Of a DNA stretch of 64,000 nt, positions 1 to 11,673 are shown one piece after another. The stretch's first letter is position 1. The number at the start of each line of letters is the position of its first letter. Source of the DNA: Polyangiales bacterium (lineage in GTDB: Bacteria; Myxococcota_A; Polyangia; Polyangiales; Polyangiaceae); assembly GCA_038231275.1 (NCBI GenBank), contig JBBRLQ010000009.1, forward strand, positions 64,001 to 128,000. The letters are read 5' to 3'. The notes under the pieces are model-generated. The model made no database searches. It saw nothing but the letters and a program-made list of their open reading frames with translations, and was not told the DNA's origin. Made by a program: the position numbers and the translations under genes.

Positions 1-1343
1 CGGGGAACCGCCGCTTCGGACGGCGAGACGGTGGTGCCGCCCGTGAACACGTGGGCATACACGCCGTCCAGCCGCAGGTGCTCGCCGATGTGGAGGCCGC
101 CGCCGATTCCGAGCGTCACCTTGTCCATGTCGATCGTCAGCGGCGACAGGTACGCGCTCGGGATCGCGCTCGTCTCGTAGTTGACGCCCATGCGCACGTC
201 GATGACGTACGAGCCGACCGCAAGGGTGTACTCGCCGCCGAGGCGGACGGAGTTGCTGTCCTGGAAATGGCGGGGGAGCGAGATCGGCGCGACGCCGAAC
301 GGGCTCGGGAACCCTTGGATGTTGAGGAGCGTGATGTTGTCCGGCGTGATCGTGATCGCGTCGTGCATCGACCAGAACTCACGCACGTACGTGAGCTCTA
401 CGCGGAGGAGCGACTTGTTCGCGAACTCGTTGCGCCCCTCGATGCCCGCGCGGAGGATTGCCGGCAGCTTGAAGCGCACGTGCGCGTCCTGGCCGGCTTG
501 GGTCGCCTTGTCGAAGACCACCGCGTTCGGCAGCTTCACCCTCACAGTGGCCGGCGCGTTGATCGTGAAGGGGAGCTGCCCGCTGATGCCGATGCGCACG
601 TGCTTCTCCGGCACGAACGTGGCCCCCGCGTTGCCGCTCGGCGCGAAGATGGGGCCGACCTTGAGCTGCGCGAACGAGTCGTACGTCGGATCCTCGGGCG
701 CGCACACGAGGTGATCGGTCGGACACGCGCTGAATACCTCGGTCGACGCGAACGTGCCGACGAGCGCTTGCAGCCCGATGCCAACGCGCACCTGCTCAAT
801 AGGCTTGTACGCCATGTAGAGGCCCGGCACGACGAGCGCCGAGCCATCGAGCGACACGAGCGAGTACCGCGACGGTGCGGGCTGCCCGTTGAGCGTCTGC
901 GGGTACGACGTGATCGCAGTATACGGCGCGAGGATGCCGAATGCCGCGGTCCACTCCTTCCTCTCGCCAAACGCGTACGAGACGCCGATCGTCGGGATCG
1001 GCAACACCGGCGACGTGCCGTTCACCGTCGGAAAGTCGTAGTTGCGGACCGTGCCGCTCCCGTCCGTCGCCTGCGAGCGGCGCGTGTACTCGCTCGTGAA
1101 GTGGAGCCAGGAGAAATCGCTCAGGATGCTCGTGCCCGCGTCGGCGAGGCCGGCCGGGTTGTACCACATGGCCCCGAGATCGTCGGCGCCGGCCACGAAC
1201 GCGCCGCCGCGTCCGAGCGGACGTACACCGCGGTCGGAGAAATAGAGCCCTGCGGCGTGCGCTTGCGAAGCCGACAAGAGGAGCAACGACAACAGCGGCG
1301 CGGCGAACAGGCGCTTCGAATGGCGCCTCGTCTTCGAGAGCAT
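1..1343 (-). CDS. OMPP1/FadL/TodX-family outer-membrane beta-barrel transport protein (partial, runs off left edge)
   Basis: Read manually from the minus strand (absent from the ORF track): MLSKTRRHSKRLFAAPLLSLLLLSASQAHA|AGLYFSDRGVRPLGRGGAFVAGADDLGAMWYNPAGL. Signal peptide plus the FadL-type GRGGAFVA..D..A..YNPAGL motif. Its ATG overlaps the TGA of the upstream gene. Confidence 0.85.
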   Translation of the reverse strand, partial: MLSKTRRHSKRLFAAPLLSLLLLSASQAHAAGLYFSDRGVRPLGRGGAFVAGADDLGAMWYNPAGLADAGTSILSDFSWLHFTSEYTRRSQATDGSGTVRNYDFPTVNGTSPVLPIPTIGVSYAFGERKEWTAAFGILAPYTAITSYPQTLNGQPAPSRYSLVSLDGSALVVPGLYMAYKPIEQVRVGIGLQALVGTFASTEVFSACPTDHLVCAPEDPTYDSFAQLKVGPIFAPSGNAGATFVPEKHVRIGISGQLPFTINAPATVRVKLPNAVVFDKATQAGQDAHVRFKLPAILRAGIEGRNEFANKSLLRVELTYVREFWSMHDAITITPDNITLLNIQGFPSPFGVAPISLPRHFQDSNSVRLGGEYTLAVGSYVIDVRMGVNYETSAIPSAYLSPLTIDMDKVTLGIGGGLHIGEHLRLDGVYAHVFTGGTTVSPSEAAVP

Positions 1344-4300
1344 CAACGGACCGTGCCTTGCCTCATGATTTCGTAGAACTGCTCGAGACCCCGCTCCTTA
1401 TTGAGCAAGAAGTCGTTCACGTTGTCGGTGACGCTCGCGTAGTCGTCGGCGCCGAACTTCTCGGTCTTGTCGGGGAACAGGCGGTTCACGTCGCCGATGA
1501 CGTCGATGATGACCTGCAGCGGCGTCTGCCCGAGCGTCCCGTCAGCGGCCTTCATCGGCGTGACCAAGTTGGCGAGCGCGACGTTCAGGATCTGGTTCGG
1601 ATCCAGCTCCTTGTTGCACGCCTCCTGAGTGCCCGTGAAGGCGCGGCCGCTGATCCTGGCGAGGAGCGCGGTCTGCGCGTCGACCATGCTTTTCTGTCCA
1701 CCCTTACCGGTGGCGGTGGCGGATGCCATCACATGGAAGAGCGGCACGAGGTTCGCGTCGTCGCGGAGGAGCTGGATGATGTCGCTCGACGACGCGAGCA
1801 TGGAAGCCAGCGCGTCGTTGTTGCTCGCGCTGTCGAGCAGGTACGACAAGAGCGACTCGAGCTGCGTACGCGCGTCGTCGTTCTGACGGATCGCGTCCAG
1901 CAGATCCATGGTGGTCGCGAAGAGGGGTCCAGCGACGACGTCGCTCATCTTCTGGGTCATCTCGGTCTGCGCCCACGCGCATTTCGCGTACGGCGGCGTG
2001 AACGACGTCGGGCAGTGCGCGAAGAGCTGCGCGCGAAGGACGTCGACGAGGACCGGCGTGATCTTGGGGAACGACTTGTTCCGGAACGACGCGTTCGCAC
2101 CGTTGCCCTGCGCAGCGAGGAACTGATCGACGAGCTGCGATCGCGCCGACCGCCACTGCGTCAGGCGCGCGTTGTCATCGGGGTGCGATTTTGCGTAGTC
2201 GTCGAACGCCGTGTCGATGGCATGGAGCGCGTTGGTGAGCAGGTAGACCGGCGTGACCTGTGGGTTGGTCTTCCCGTCGTTGCGGAGCGCGGTCGTCTTG
2301 CCGTTGCGGTCCTTCACGCCGTTCTTCTGCGAGACCGCCGGATCGACGAGCGCGCGCGTCGCGTTCGCGATGATGGCGATGCCGTTCATGTCGACGGAGT
2401 CGGTGCACTGCTTGGTCGCGGCGTCGACCGCGTTGCAGTGCTTGATCGTCGTGGTCTGCATGACGTTCACGAGATCGTGGAGCGCCGGCAAGATGTCGGT
2501 CTTCATGGCCTCGGCGAGGAACGGCTCGTAGCTGACGGCCCCCTCCTTCGTACACGCGACGCCGCCGAGGTCGCACTCCGACGCGGTCATCTTGTCGTCG
2601 CCCCAGTGCTTGTGGAGCGCGTCGAGGAGCGCGAGGAAGAGGTCCTCCTGCTTGTGAGCGACGAAGGCCTTCAGCATGGGCGTCATCGCCTTGTAGAAGC
2701 CCATCATCTCCCACGGGAAGAGGGCGTCTTGATCGCGCTCGAAGAGCGACTGCCCCGGCGCGCAGTTGCGGAGGCCGTGCACCTTTCCGTCGGGCGACGC
2801 GTCGGCCGCGCCCGGATCGGGATCGTCGATCACGCGCTCGGGGCACGACAGCGTGCCGATCGTGTTCTTTCCCTGCAGATCGATCAAAAAGTCGTGGGTG
2901 GTCTGGTTGCCGCCGGGGTTGTCGAGATCGAAGAACACGAGGCGGTTGAGCCATTGCGGACGCGGGTGGAACGACTGCGCGCTCGTCGGATCCCAGAAGC
3001 CCGTCGTGTCGTTGGAGCCGAGGCCGATGCCGCTCGACTGCTCGATCGTGTCGACCTTCGCCGCGCCGATGCCGAAGACGCCGTTACGCAGGATCGAAGG
3101 CCGGAAGTAGAGGTTGGCCTTGCCGACGATGGCGTCGAGGTAGAAGTGGCCGAGGTTCTCGATCTTGAAGACCTCGCACTCCTTGTAGGAGCCGCCGCCG
3201 ACGGGCAAGTCGAGCGAGCCGGCGATGGGGACGCCCTTCGCGTGCACGACCGCCTTGTCCTTGTTGCAGGCCGTCACGCCGATCGCGTCGTGGATCGCGC
3301 GGCTGAAGCGCTGCATGTCGCTCTGGTTCCAGCCCGTGTCCGCCTTCGCGCGATCGACCGACGTCTTGGGGTCGCTCCCGTCGCCGGTGGTGAGATTCTT
3401 CGCCGGGCCGTTGAGCGCCGAAGGATCGTACGAGATGTGATCCTTGTTCTGCATGAAGGAGGAAAAAATCCCGCCGAGCGCGAGTGAGTCGTCCTGCCCG
3501 AGCGCGAGGAGCAAGTCTTCGAGGAGACCGGGCTCCTGCGCGATCTTCGCGACCACGTCGAGCACGTCGTCCCACAGCGTCGAATCGAGGGGGATTTTTG
3601 CCTCGGCGTGCTTGTTTCCGAGGTCCTTCACCGCGAGGCCGTTGCCGATGATGCGCGCGAGGGCCGGCGTCTGCTTCGTGAAGAGCGTGCTCGTGTACGA
3701 GAGGACGTCGTCGGTGTTCTTGTCCGCGAGGATCTGGCCGATGGCGTAGACCAAATCGAGCATCGGCGCCTTCTCGGGGTGGAAGGCGTCGTACTTCACC
3801 GACCCGCCGCCGTTGTAGCCCTTGGTCGTCGTCGGGCTCCCGTCGCGCGTGCCGAAGATGACCTTCGCGCCGGCGAGCGTGTACATCACGGTCTCGTGGT
3901 TCTGCGCGGGGTCGGGGTTCACGAGCGGCTTCATGTCGTTCATGAGGCTGGCCGCGAAGGTGTGGCTCGTGTCGATGTACTCGTAGAGCGGCGTGGTCCC
4001 CGTCAGGAGCGGGCGGCCGAAGGCGTCGCGGGTCGCCGTCACGGTCGACGTCACCGTCAAGAACGGGCTCGGCGCGCCGCCACCGCTCCCACCTGAGGTG
4101 ACGAAGCGGCCGAGATCGTCGACGTCGGCGAGGCCGTCCTTGTCGTTGTCGACGAAGGGCGCCGGCATCGCGCCGTTGGCGAGCGCGACCTGGGCGTAGC
4201 CGCGGCCGTCGCGCTTGACGATGTAGCGTGAGTCGCCGCCGCCGAACGCCGCGTCTTGCGCGTAGAAGAGCTGCTGCATCACCTCGAGGTTGTCGCGCGT

Positions 4301-5236
4301 GCGCGAGAGGACGTCGCGTCCGATCGCCGCATCCTTGCCGACCTGGAGCGGCGGGAGCGCGGTGTCGGCGCTCGCCGTGAGGAGCTCCTGCGTCATCACC
4401 TCGAGCGCCTTGTTGAACTGCGCGTTCGCGGCGCCCGGCACGGGGACGCGCATGCCGTGATCGAGCTTGGGGTTCGCGGCGTAGGGCTGGCTGTCGGCGG
4501 ACAGAAGGCTGAGCGTGGCGTTCGCCATGTCGCGTAGGCCTGGGTACGCGATGACGGGGCGCATGGCACCGAGCGCGACCTCGACGGGGCGGTACCCCTG
4601 ACGCGCATCGAAGTGGGCCATCGCCTGCTGCGACTCCTTCGACGCCTTGAACGCCTGCATCAACTTCGCGAGCGACTCGGTCGACTGCGGGATCGTGCCG
4701 TCGTTGTAGAGATCCTGGAAGCGGCCGAGCATGTCGCTCAGCTCGTCGTGGTAGCGCGCTTGCGCGGCGAGGGGGGTGCAGCTCTTCGTGGCGTCGCCGT
4801 TCTTCACGTCTTTGACGGCGACCTTGATGTCGGGGAACGTCGCGTCGAGCGCGGCGATGAGATCGACGCGACGTCGGGCGAGCGCCTCCACGCGTGCGAT
4901 GGCGTACCCGCGCGTCGCGGTCTGCTTGTCCATCGTGACGGCGTTGCCGCTCGTGTCGACGGCGTCCGCGCTGAGCGCGGGGAGGAGCGTCTGATCGACC
5001 TTGCCCCCCCACTTGCCGTCGAAGTCTTTGTGGCACACGCCGCGGAACGACGCGCCGGTCAGATCTTCGTGAAGCGCCTGCCCGCCGACGCGGTCGCAGA
5101 GGACGCCGTACATCTCTTCGCCGAGCGTCCCGCGCGCCGGCGGAACACGAGACGTGTCGAAGTCGTTCGCGCACGCGGCGAGCGCCAGCGTGCCGAGAGC
5201 CCCCAATCCCGTCAGAACTCGCCCCGAACGTCGCAT
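1343..5236 (-). CDS. Large (1297 aa) lipoprotein of unknown function
   Basis: Long ORF with high-GC3 codons, lipobox LALAAC, GGAGG SD upstream and a DxDxDG-like motif (DNDKDGLAD). Confidence 0.85.
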   Translation of the reverse strand: MRRSGRVLTGLGALGTLALAACANDFDTSRVPPARGTLGEEMYGVLCDRVGGQALHEDLTGASFRGVCHKDFDGKWGGKVDQTLLPALSADAVDTSGNAVTMDKQTATRGYAIARVEALARRRVDLIAALDATFPDIKVAVKDVKNGDATKSCTPLAAQARYHDELSDMLGRFQDLYNDGTIPQSTESLAKLMQAFKASKESQQAMAHFDARQGYRPVEVALGAMRPVIAYPGLRDMANATLSLLSADSQPYAANPKLDHGMRVPVPGAANAQFNKALEVMTQELLTASADTALPPLQVGKDAAIGRDVLSRTRDNLEVMQQLFYAQDAAFGGGDSRYIVKRDGRGYAQVALANGAMPAPFVDNDKDGLADVDDLGRFVTSGGSGGGAPSPFLTVTSTVTATRDAFGRPLLTGTTPLYEYIDTSHTFAASLMNDMKPLVNPDPAQNHETVMYTLAGAKVIFGTRDGSPTTTKGYNGGGSVKYDAFHPEKAPMLDLVYAIGQILADKNTDDVLSYTSTLFTKQTPALARIIGNGLAVKDLGNKHAEAKIPLDSTLWDDVLDVVAKIAQEPGLLEDLLLALGQDDSLALGGIFSSFMQNKDHISYDPSALNGPAKNLTTGDGSDPKTSVDRAKADTGWNQSDMQRFSRAIHDAIGVTACNKDKAVVHAKGVPIAGSLDLPVGGGSYKECEVFKIENLGHFYLDAIVGKANLYFRPSILRNGVFGIGAAKVDTIEQSSGIGLGSNDTTGFWDPTSAQSFHPRPQWLNRLVFFDLDNPGGNQTTHDFLIDLQGKNTIGTLSCPERVIDDPDPGAADASPDGKVHGLRNCAPGQSLFERDQDALFPWEMMGFYKAMTPMLKAFVAHKQEDLFLALLDALHKHWGDDKMTASECDLGGVACTKEGAVSYEPFLAEAMKTDILPALHDLVNVMQTTTIKHCNAVDAATKQCTDSVDMNGIAIIANATRALVDPAVSQKNGVKDRNGKTTALRNDGKTNPQVTPVYLLTNALHAIDTAFDDYAKSHPDDNARLTQWRSARSQLVDQFLAAQGNGANASFRNKSFPKITPVLVDVLRAQLFAHCPTSFTPPYAKCAWAQTEMTQKMSDVVAGPLFATTMDLLDAIRQNDDARTQLESLLSYLLDSASNNDALASMLASSSDIIQLLRDDANLVPLFHVMASATATGKGGQKSMVDAQTALLARISGRAFTGTQEACNKELDPNQILNVALANLVTPMKAADGTLGQTPLQVIIDVIGDVNRLFPDKTEKFGADDYASVTDNVNDFLLNKERGLEQFYEIMRQGTVR

Positions 5237-5445
5237 AAGCCGACCTCCACCTACATCGGAACTATCTAGCAGGAGATGCGCCAGAGCGCCGCCCTAACTC
5301 AACGCGGGCCTCCGCTCGGCGGATCGGGGTTTTCCAGCCCGAAGCGCCGCGGAATCGGACTAGCCTCTTTGCTTCTCCGGATCCACGTAGATCCACCAAG
5401 CGGCGCCCTGGGTGGCGCGAAAAGCCGAAAGAAGAGGATAGCTCC

Positions 5446-6888
5446 ATGGCGACGATCCCGGCATCCCTGGCCACCACGACCGCCCTGATCCTTGCGGCCG
5501 GCCAGGGCACGCGCATGAGGAGCGCCACGCCGAAGGTGCTCCACCCGATGTGCGGGCGGCCGCTCCTGCACTACCCCGTGCGGGCGGCGCTCGAGGCGGG
5601 GTGCGGCGAGGTCGTCGTGGTGGTCGGGCATGGGCGTGAGCTGGTGGCCGGTTACCTCGCGAAAGCGTTCGGCGATCTCGGCGGTCGCGTGAAGACGGCG
5701 GTGCAGGAGCAGCAGCGGGGGACGGGCGACGCTGCGCGCGCAGGGCTCTCGGCGGTGTCGGCGATGGCGACGCGCGTCCTCATCTTCTACGGCGACGTCC
5801 CGCTGCTCGAGGCGAACGACGTCGCGGCGGTGGCGCGCGCGCTCGACGACGAGACGGCGGCGGCGGTGTCGATGGCGACGTGCGTGGTGCAGAACCCGTT
5901 CGGCTACGGCCGCGTGCTGCGCGACGGCGCCGGCAACATCACCGAGATCCGCGAACAGAAGGATCTCAAGACCGACGCCGAGCGCGCCGTCGCCGAGATG
6001 AACCCCGGCATCTACGCCGCGAGCGTCGCCTTCTTGCGCGATACGCTCGAGAAGCTCACGCCCAACAACGCGCAGGGCGAGTACTACCTGACCGACATCG
6101 TCAGCGCCGCGGTGAAGCAGGGGAAGAAGGTCGTCGGCGTCGCGTCGCGCGCGAACGTCATGGAGGGAGTCAACGATCGCCACCAGCTCGCGACGCTCGA
6201 GGACGAGATGAGCGCGCGCATCGTGGAGCGGCATCGCAAGAGCGGCGTCACGGTTCGCACCGGCGCGCGGATCGAGGACGGCGTCGAGATCGGCACCGAG
6301 ACGACGATCGAGAACGGCGTCGTCCTCCGCGGACGCACCCGAATCGGCAAGGGCGCGACGATCGACGTCGGCTGCGTGCTCACGAACATGTCGGTCGGCG
6401 ACGGCGTGAACCTAAAGCCCTACTCGATCGGCCAGGACTCGACGATCGAGCAAAAGGCGCAAATCGGGCCGTTTTCGCACCTCCGCCCGGAGAGCCACAT
6501 CGGCGAGGACGCGCACGTCGGCAACTTCGTCGAGACCAAGAAGACGCGCATGGACAAGGGCGCGAAGGCCAACCACCTCGCGTACCTCGGCGACGGAATC
6601 ATCGGCGCGGGCGCCAACGTCGGCGCGGGCACCATCTTCTGCAACTACGACGGCTTCCTCAAGCACACGACGACCATCGGCGCGGGCGCCTTCATCGGCA
6701 GCGACTCGCAGCTCGTCGCGCCGGTCACGATCGGCGAGGGCGCGTACGTCGCGACGGGCACCACGGTGACGCGCGACGTTCCGCCCAACGCGCTCGCCAT
6801 CGCGCGCGTGAAGCAAGAGAACAAGGACGACTACGCGACCAAGCTGAAGGCGCGCCTCAAGGCCGCGAAGGACGCCGCGAAGAAATAA
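5446..6888 (+). CDS. glmU: Bifunctional UDP-GlcNAc pyrophosphorylase / glucosamine-1-P acetyltransferase
   Basis: LAAGQGTRMRS..PKVLH, QQRGTG, YGDVPL, NAQGEYYLTD, hexapeptide repeats, GNFVETKK, NHLAYLGD, CNYDG. Confidence 0.98.
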   Translation: MATIPASLATTTALILAAGQGTRMRSATPKVLHPMCGRPLLHYPVRAALEAGCGEVVVVVGHGRELVAGYLAKAFGDLGGRVKTAVQEQQRGTGDAARAGLSAVSAMATRVLIFYGDVPLLEANDVAAVARALDDETAAAVSMATCVVQNPFGYGRVLRDGAGNITEIREQKDLKTDAERAVAEMNPGIYAASVAFLRDTLEKLTPNNAQGEYYLTDIVSAAVKQGKKVVGVASRANVMEGVNDRHQLATLEDEMSARIVERHRKSGVTVRTGARIEDGVEIGTETTIENGVVLRGRTRIGKGATIDVGCVLTNMSVGDGVNLKPYSIGQDSTIEQKAQIGPFSHLRPESHIGEDAHVGNFVETKKTRMDKGAKANHLAYLGDGIIGAGANVGAGTIFCNYDGFLKHTTTIGAGAFIGSDSQLVAPVTIGEGAYVATGTTVTRDVPPNALAIARVKQENKDDYATKLKARLKAAKDAAKK

Positions 6889-6891
6889 CCG

Positions 6892-8058
6892 TCAGCGCTG
6901 CGTGAAGAGGAAGAGGCCGTTCTTGTTCGATACGGCGATGTCCGGCTTGCCGTCGCCGTCGACGTCGGTGACGGCGATCTGGCGACCCACTCCGCTCGCG
7001 TCGTCGACGTCGCGGCGCTCGAAGGCGCCGCCGCCGAGCAGCCGGTAGAAGACGAGCTTCGCGGGGTCCTCGGCGCCCGGATCGTCGGTGTGCGCGTATT
7101 TGGTCTTGCCGCCGACGAGCTCGGGGACGCCGTCGCGATCGAGATCCGCGAGCTCCATGGCGTGCATCTGCGAGATCGAGTCGTCCGCCACGCGCTCGGC
7201 GAAGGAGCCGTCGGGGAGCTGCTTCCACCAGCGCAGCCCATACGTGTGCGGGTGCGGGCAAATGACGTCGGACTTGCCGTCGCCGTCGAGATCGCGCGCG
7301 AACATCGAGCTGCACTCGGTCGCGCCGCCGAAAGAGAATGCGTGCAGAATCCATGCATCGCGATTCGCCGTTGGCTGGAACCACCCGGCGCTCGTGAGCA
7401 CGTCGAGGCGCCCGTCGCCGTCGACGTCTCCCGCGCCGAGTCCGTGCGAGAACGAGCCGGCCGCGGTGAATCGCGGCGCGCTGATGGGGTGTGCGACCCA
7501 CGGCGCGGCCAGATCGGCGGCCGGCGCGAACCACGCGAGGACCAGGTCCGGTGAGACGCCCATCACGAGAACGCGATGCCCGTCGCCGAAGAGATCGACG
7601 TAGATCGGCGTCTCCATCCCCGCCGCGAGCGCCGGCGCGACGACGTGCGCGGTCCAGTGCCCTTCGCCCCCGCGAGGGTTCGCGTACCAGACCATCGCGT
7701 CGGTGGGGTAGGGGACGACGAGGAGATCGGTGAAGCCGTCGCCGTCGAGATCGTCTCCGTACGCGCCGTTGCAGAGGCTGTACCGGGCGGCCGGATCGTA
7801 GGCTTCGGGTGCCCGGACATCGACCGGCGCGAAGGAGGGGGCACGGTACCAGCGCTGATCGGTCACGAGATCGAGGTGGCCGTCGCGGTCCACGTCGAAC
7901 ACCGCGACCCCCTCCGCGCGGAACGCCGTGTCGAGCGTCTGCTTTCGAAACGCAGGCGATGGCGCCGTCGTTCCTGTGGATCGCCCGCACGCGCCGGCGG
8001 CGATTCCCGCGGCCCCGATGGCACACGCGACGGCAATGCAGCGGCGAAAGGAACCCAT
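6892..8058 (-). CDS. FG-GAP/VCBS repeat beta-propeller lipoprotein
   Basis: Repeated DxDxDGxxD motifs (DVDRDGHLD, DLDGDGFTD, DVDGDGRLD, DLDGDGKSD, DVDGDGKPD). Start placed at MGSFRRCIAVAC..IAAGAC. Confidence 0.85.
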   Translation of the reverse strand: MGSFRRCIAVACAIGAAGIAAGACGRSTGTTAPSPAFRKQTLDTAFRAEGVAVFDVDRDGHLDLVTDQRWYRAPSFAPVDVRAPEAYDPAARYSLCNGAYGDDLDGDGFTDLLVVPYPTDAMVWYANPRGGEGHWTAHVVAPALAAGMETPIYVDLFGDGHRVLVMGVSPDLVLAWFAPAADLAAPWVAHPISAPRFTAAGSFSHGLGAGDVDGDGRLDVLTSAGWFQPTANRDAWILHAFSFGGATECSSMFARDLDGDGKSDVICPHPHTYGLRWWKQLPDGSFAERVADDSISQMHAMELADLDRDGVPELVGGKTKYAHTDDPGAEDPAKLVFYRLLGGGAFERRDVDDASGVGRQIAVTDVDGDGKPDIAVSNKNGLFLFTQR

Positions 8059-8094
8059 CCGAATGAGGAGCCTACTTCCGCCTATACTCCCAGT

Positions 8095-9156
8095 GTGCAG
8101 CGATCGCGCCGTGCCCTCCTCGCCGCCGGCGCGCTCGCCACACTGGGAGGAGCGTGCGCTTCCGTGCTCGGCGTCGACGATTTGTCGTATGCCGCCGACG
8201 CCGGCACGCCGCCGATCCCCGACAGCACGATCGACGCGCCCATCCTCTCGGACGCCGCCAGCGACGCCGATGTCCTCGTCGACGCCGGGCCGTTGCCGCC
8301 CGATGGCCCCTCGACGTACATCGTCCAGCACCTCACCGCGCCGCCGACGCAGCTCGCGACCGACGGCTTCTGGCTCTTTTGGGCGAGCGGCCCGCAGATC
8401 TCGCGATCCAAAGGTGCCCCCGACGCCTCCACCACCTTCGTGGACGCGTCGGGCGCGGTCCTGGACTTGGTCGCCACGGGCACCTACGTCGCGTGGTCCA
8501 CCGGCTCGGCGCTCGAGGCATCGCCGACCGCCGGCGGCTCGGTGGTCGGCGAGGTCAGCGGCCGGCGCATCTTCACCGCGGTCGGAGATCTCGCGTATTT
8601 CGTGGCGGGCTCGGGCGGCGGGACGCAGATCAACGACTGCTCGATGGCCGCGCCGTGCGGCGATGCAGGCGCGCTCTTCGCCGCACCCTATCTAGGCATG
8701 CATGACCTGGTCGCCGACAAGGCGGCCGTCTTCTTTCTCGGGGCCTACGACGCAGGGGGTCAAGCCGTCTTTTCATGCCCACTCTCGGCGGGCTGTCCCG
8801 CCGGATCGGCCTCGTTCAGGCCGGGCCTCGGATCGCCGACCGCGCTCTCGTTCGACGTAGCTTCGCTCTTCTGGGTCGATGTGGGCAGTATCAAGACGCT
8901 GCCGCGCTCGCTCGCCGGCATGCCCTCGATCATTGCCAGCGGCGAGCGCAGCCCCCAAGCCGTCGTGAGCGACGGCACGTACGTGTACTGGACCTCGGCC
9001 GACGGCATTCGCACGAGTGAGATGGACGGCGGCTCGGTCCGAACGCTCGTGCCCGCGGAAGGTGGCACCCCGACCGAGCTCGTCGTCTTCGGTCCATGGC
9101 TCGTATGGCTCGATCCGGCGAATGAGAACGTCGTCGCTGCCGCGCGGCCAAAGTGA
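8095..9156 (+). CDS. Putative lipoprotein with beta-propeller repeats (DUF5050/YWTD-like)
   Basis: GTG start, lipobox LGGAC, and repeats such as [12 protein letters not shown] and [12 protein letters not shown]. Confidence 0.7.
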   Translation: MQRSRRALLAAGALATLGGACASVLGVDDLSYAADAGTPPIPDSTIDAPILSDAASDADVLVDAGPLPPDGPSTYIVQHLTAPPTQLATDGFWLFWASGPQISRSKGAPDASTTFVDASGAVLDLVATGTYVAWSTGSALEASPTAGGSVVGEVSGRRIFTAVGDLAYFVAGSGGGTQINDCSMAAPCGDAGALFAAPYLGMHDLVADKAAVFFLGAYDAGGQAVFSCPLSAGCPAGSASFRPGLGSPTALSFDVASLFWVDVGSIKTLPRSLAGMPSIIASGERSPQAVVSDGTYVYWTSADGIRTSEMDGGSVRTLVPAEGGTPTELVVFGPWLVWLDPANENVVAAARPK

Positions 9157-9229
9157 CGCGCCCCGCGCCTCCGCGCACTTTGCGGGCACATTACTTGGCA
9201 TCGGCGCGTTCTTTTGGCAGTACTCGATC

Positions 9230-10510
9230 ATGGACGCGATAAGGGTCAAGGGCGGGGTCCCCCTCAAGGGGACGGTGCGCATCAGCGGTGCCAAGAACGC
9301 GGCGCTCCCCATCCTCTGCGCCACACTCCTGTCGGACGGCGCGAGCAAGCTCCGCAACGTTCCCAAGCTGCGCGACATCGACACGACGGCCGCGCTCCTG
9401 CGCTTCCTCGGCCGCGACGTCACCGTCGACGCGCCCGAGGTCCACGTCGCCGCCGGCTCCACCGTCCGCCCCGAGGCGCCGTACGAGCTCGTGAAGCAAA
9501 TGCGCGCGAGCGTCCTCGTCCTCGGCCCGCTCGTCGCGCGCTTCGGCCGCGCGAAGGTGTCGCTCCCCGGCGGCTGCCAAATTGGCGCGCGCCCGATCGA
9601 TCAGCACCTCAAGGGCCTCGAGGCGATGGGCTGCAGCATCCACCTCGAACGCGGATACGTCATCGCCGAAGGTCCGAACGGCGGCGGGCGCCTCAAGGGG
9701 GCCGAGGTCGTCTTCGATCTCCCGACCGTCACGGGCACCGAGAACCTGATGATGGCCGCCGCGCTCGCGAAGGGGCGAACCACCCTCGTCAACTGCGCGC
9801 GCGAGCCGGAGGTCGAAGAGCTGGGTCGCATCTTGAACAAGATGGGCGCCGAGGTCGACGGCGCCGGCACCGACGTGATGCACATCCGCGGCTCCGACCG
9901 CGGCGAGCTCGCGCCGTTCGATCACGCGATCATCCCTGACCGCATCGAAGCCGGCACGTATATGGTCGCCGCCGCCGCGACGATGGGAGACGTCACCCTC
10001 GAAGGCGCCGAGCTGCGCGACCTCGAGGCGCTCGTCGTGAAAATGCGCCAGGCCGGCGTCGAGATCGCGAGCGAGGGCCAAAACGTTCGGGTGCGCCGCA
10101 CCGGCCCGATCCGCCCCGTCAACGTCACCACCGCGCCGCACCCCGGATTTCCCACCGACATGCAGGCGCAGTTCCTCGTGCTCATGAGCCTCGCGCAGGG
10201 CGAGAGCGTGATCAGCGAGACGATCTTCGAGAACCGATTCATGCACGTTCCCGAGCTCCAGCGCATGGGCGCCAGCGTCGCGCTTCGCGGGAACACCGCG
10301 GTAGTGCAAGGCGTCAGCAAGCTGTACGGCGCCAGCGTCATGGCGACCGACCTTCGCGCCAGCGCGTCCCTCGTCATCGCCGGCCTCGTGACCGAGGAAG
10401 AGACCGAGGTGCGCCGCGTGTACCACCTCGACCGCGGCTACGAGCGTATCGAGGAGAAGCTCGGGCGCCTGGGCGCCACCGTGCAGCGCGTGAAGAACGC
10501 CGAGGCCTGA
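9230..10510 (+). CDS. murA: UDP-N-acetylglucosamine 1-carboxyvinyltransferase
   Basis: [60 protein letters not shown]. Confidence 0.98.
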   Translation: MDAIRVKGGVPLKGTVRISGAKNAALPILCATLLSDGASKLRNVPKLRDIDTTAALLRFLGRDVTVDAPEVHVAAGSTVRPEAPYELVKQMRASVLVLGPLVARFGRAKVSLPGGCQIGARPIDQHLKGLEAMGCSIHLERGYVIAEGPNGGGRLKGAEVVFDLPTVTGTENLMMAAALAKGRTTLVNCAREPEVEELGRILNKMGAEVDGAGTDVMHIRGSDRGELAPFDHAIIPDRIEAGTYMVAAAATMGDVTLEGAELRDLEALVVKMRQAGVEIASEGQNVRVRRTGPIRPVNVTTAPHPGFPTDMQAQFLVLMSLAQGESVISETIFENRFMHVPELQRMGASVALRGNTAVVQGVSKLYGASVMATDLRASASLVIAGLVTEEETEVRRVYHLDRGYERIEEKLGRLGATVQRVKNAEA

Positions 10511-11118
10511 CCGATGGCCGCCTTGACGATCGCGGTCCCCAAGGGGCGCATCCTGAAGCCCCTCGCCGCGCTCCTCTCGCGCGCGGGGATCGCCGCGGAT
10601 GCACTCCTCGCGGACGATCGCGCGCTCATTCGCGTCGTGGGGGACGAGCTTCGCTTTTTGCTCCTCAAGCCCGACGACGTGCCCACCTACGTCGAGTATG
10701 GCGCTGCGGATCTCGGCGTGTGCGGGCGCGACGTGCTCGACGAGCGCGAGGCGCAGCTGTACCGCCCGATCGATCTCGGCATCGGCGTGTGCCGCATGGT
10801 CGTCGCCGGCCCCGTCGGAAAGGACGAGCCGCGCGACCTCCCGCGCGTCGCGACGAAGTACCCGCGCACCGCCGCCGCGCACTTCGCGCGGAAGGGGGTG
10901 CAGGCGGAGATCGTGTACGTCGGCGGCTCCGTCGAGCTCGCGCCAATCACCGGCCTATCGGATCTCATCGTCGATTTGGTGGAGACCGGCTCGACGCTCG
11001 TAAAGAACGGCCTCGCCGAGCGCGAAATCGTCTCGCGGGTGTCGAGCGTCCTGGTGGCGAACCGCGCGTCGTACAAGTTGCGGCAGACCGAGATCGGCCC
11101 GCTCGTCGAACGCCTCCG

Positions 11119-11669
<551 letters not shown>

Positions 11670-11673
<4 letters not shown>

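Noticed and set aside
51..1376. 441-aa plus-strand ORF
   Set aside because: Antisense shadow of the FadL-like gene; Arg-rich with no motifs.
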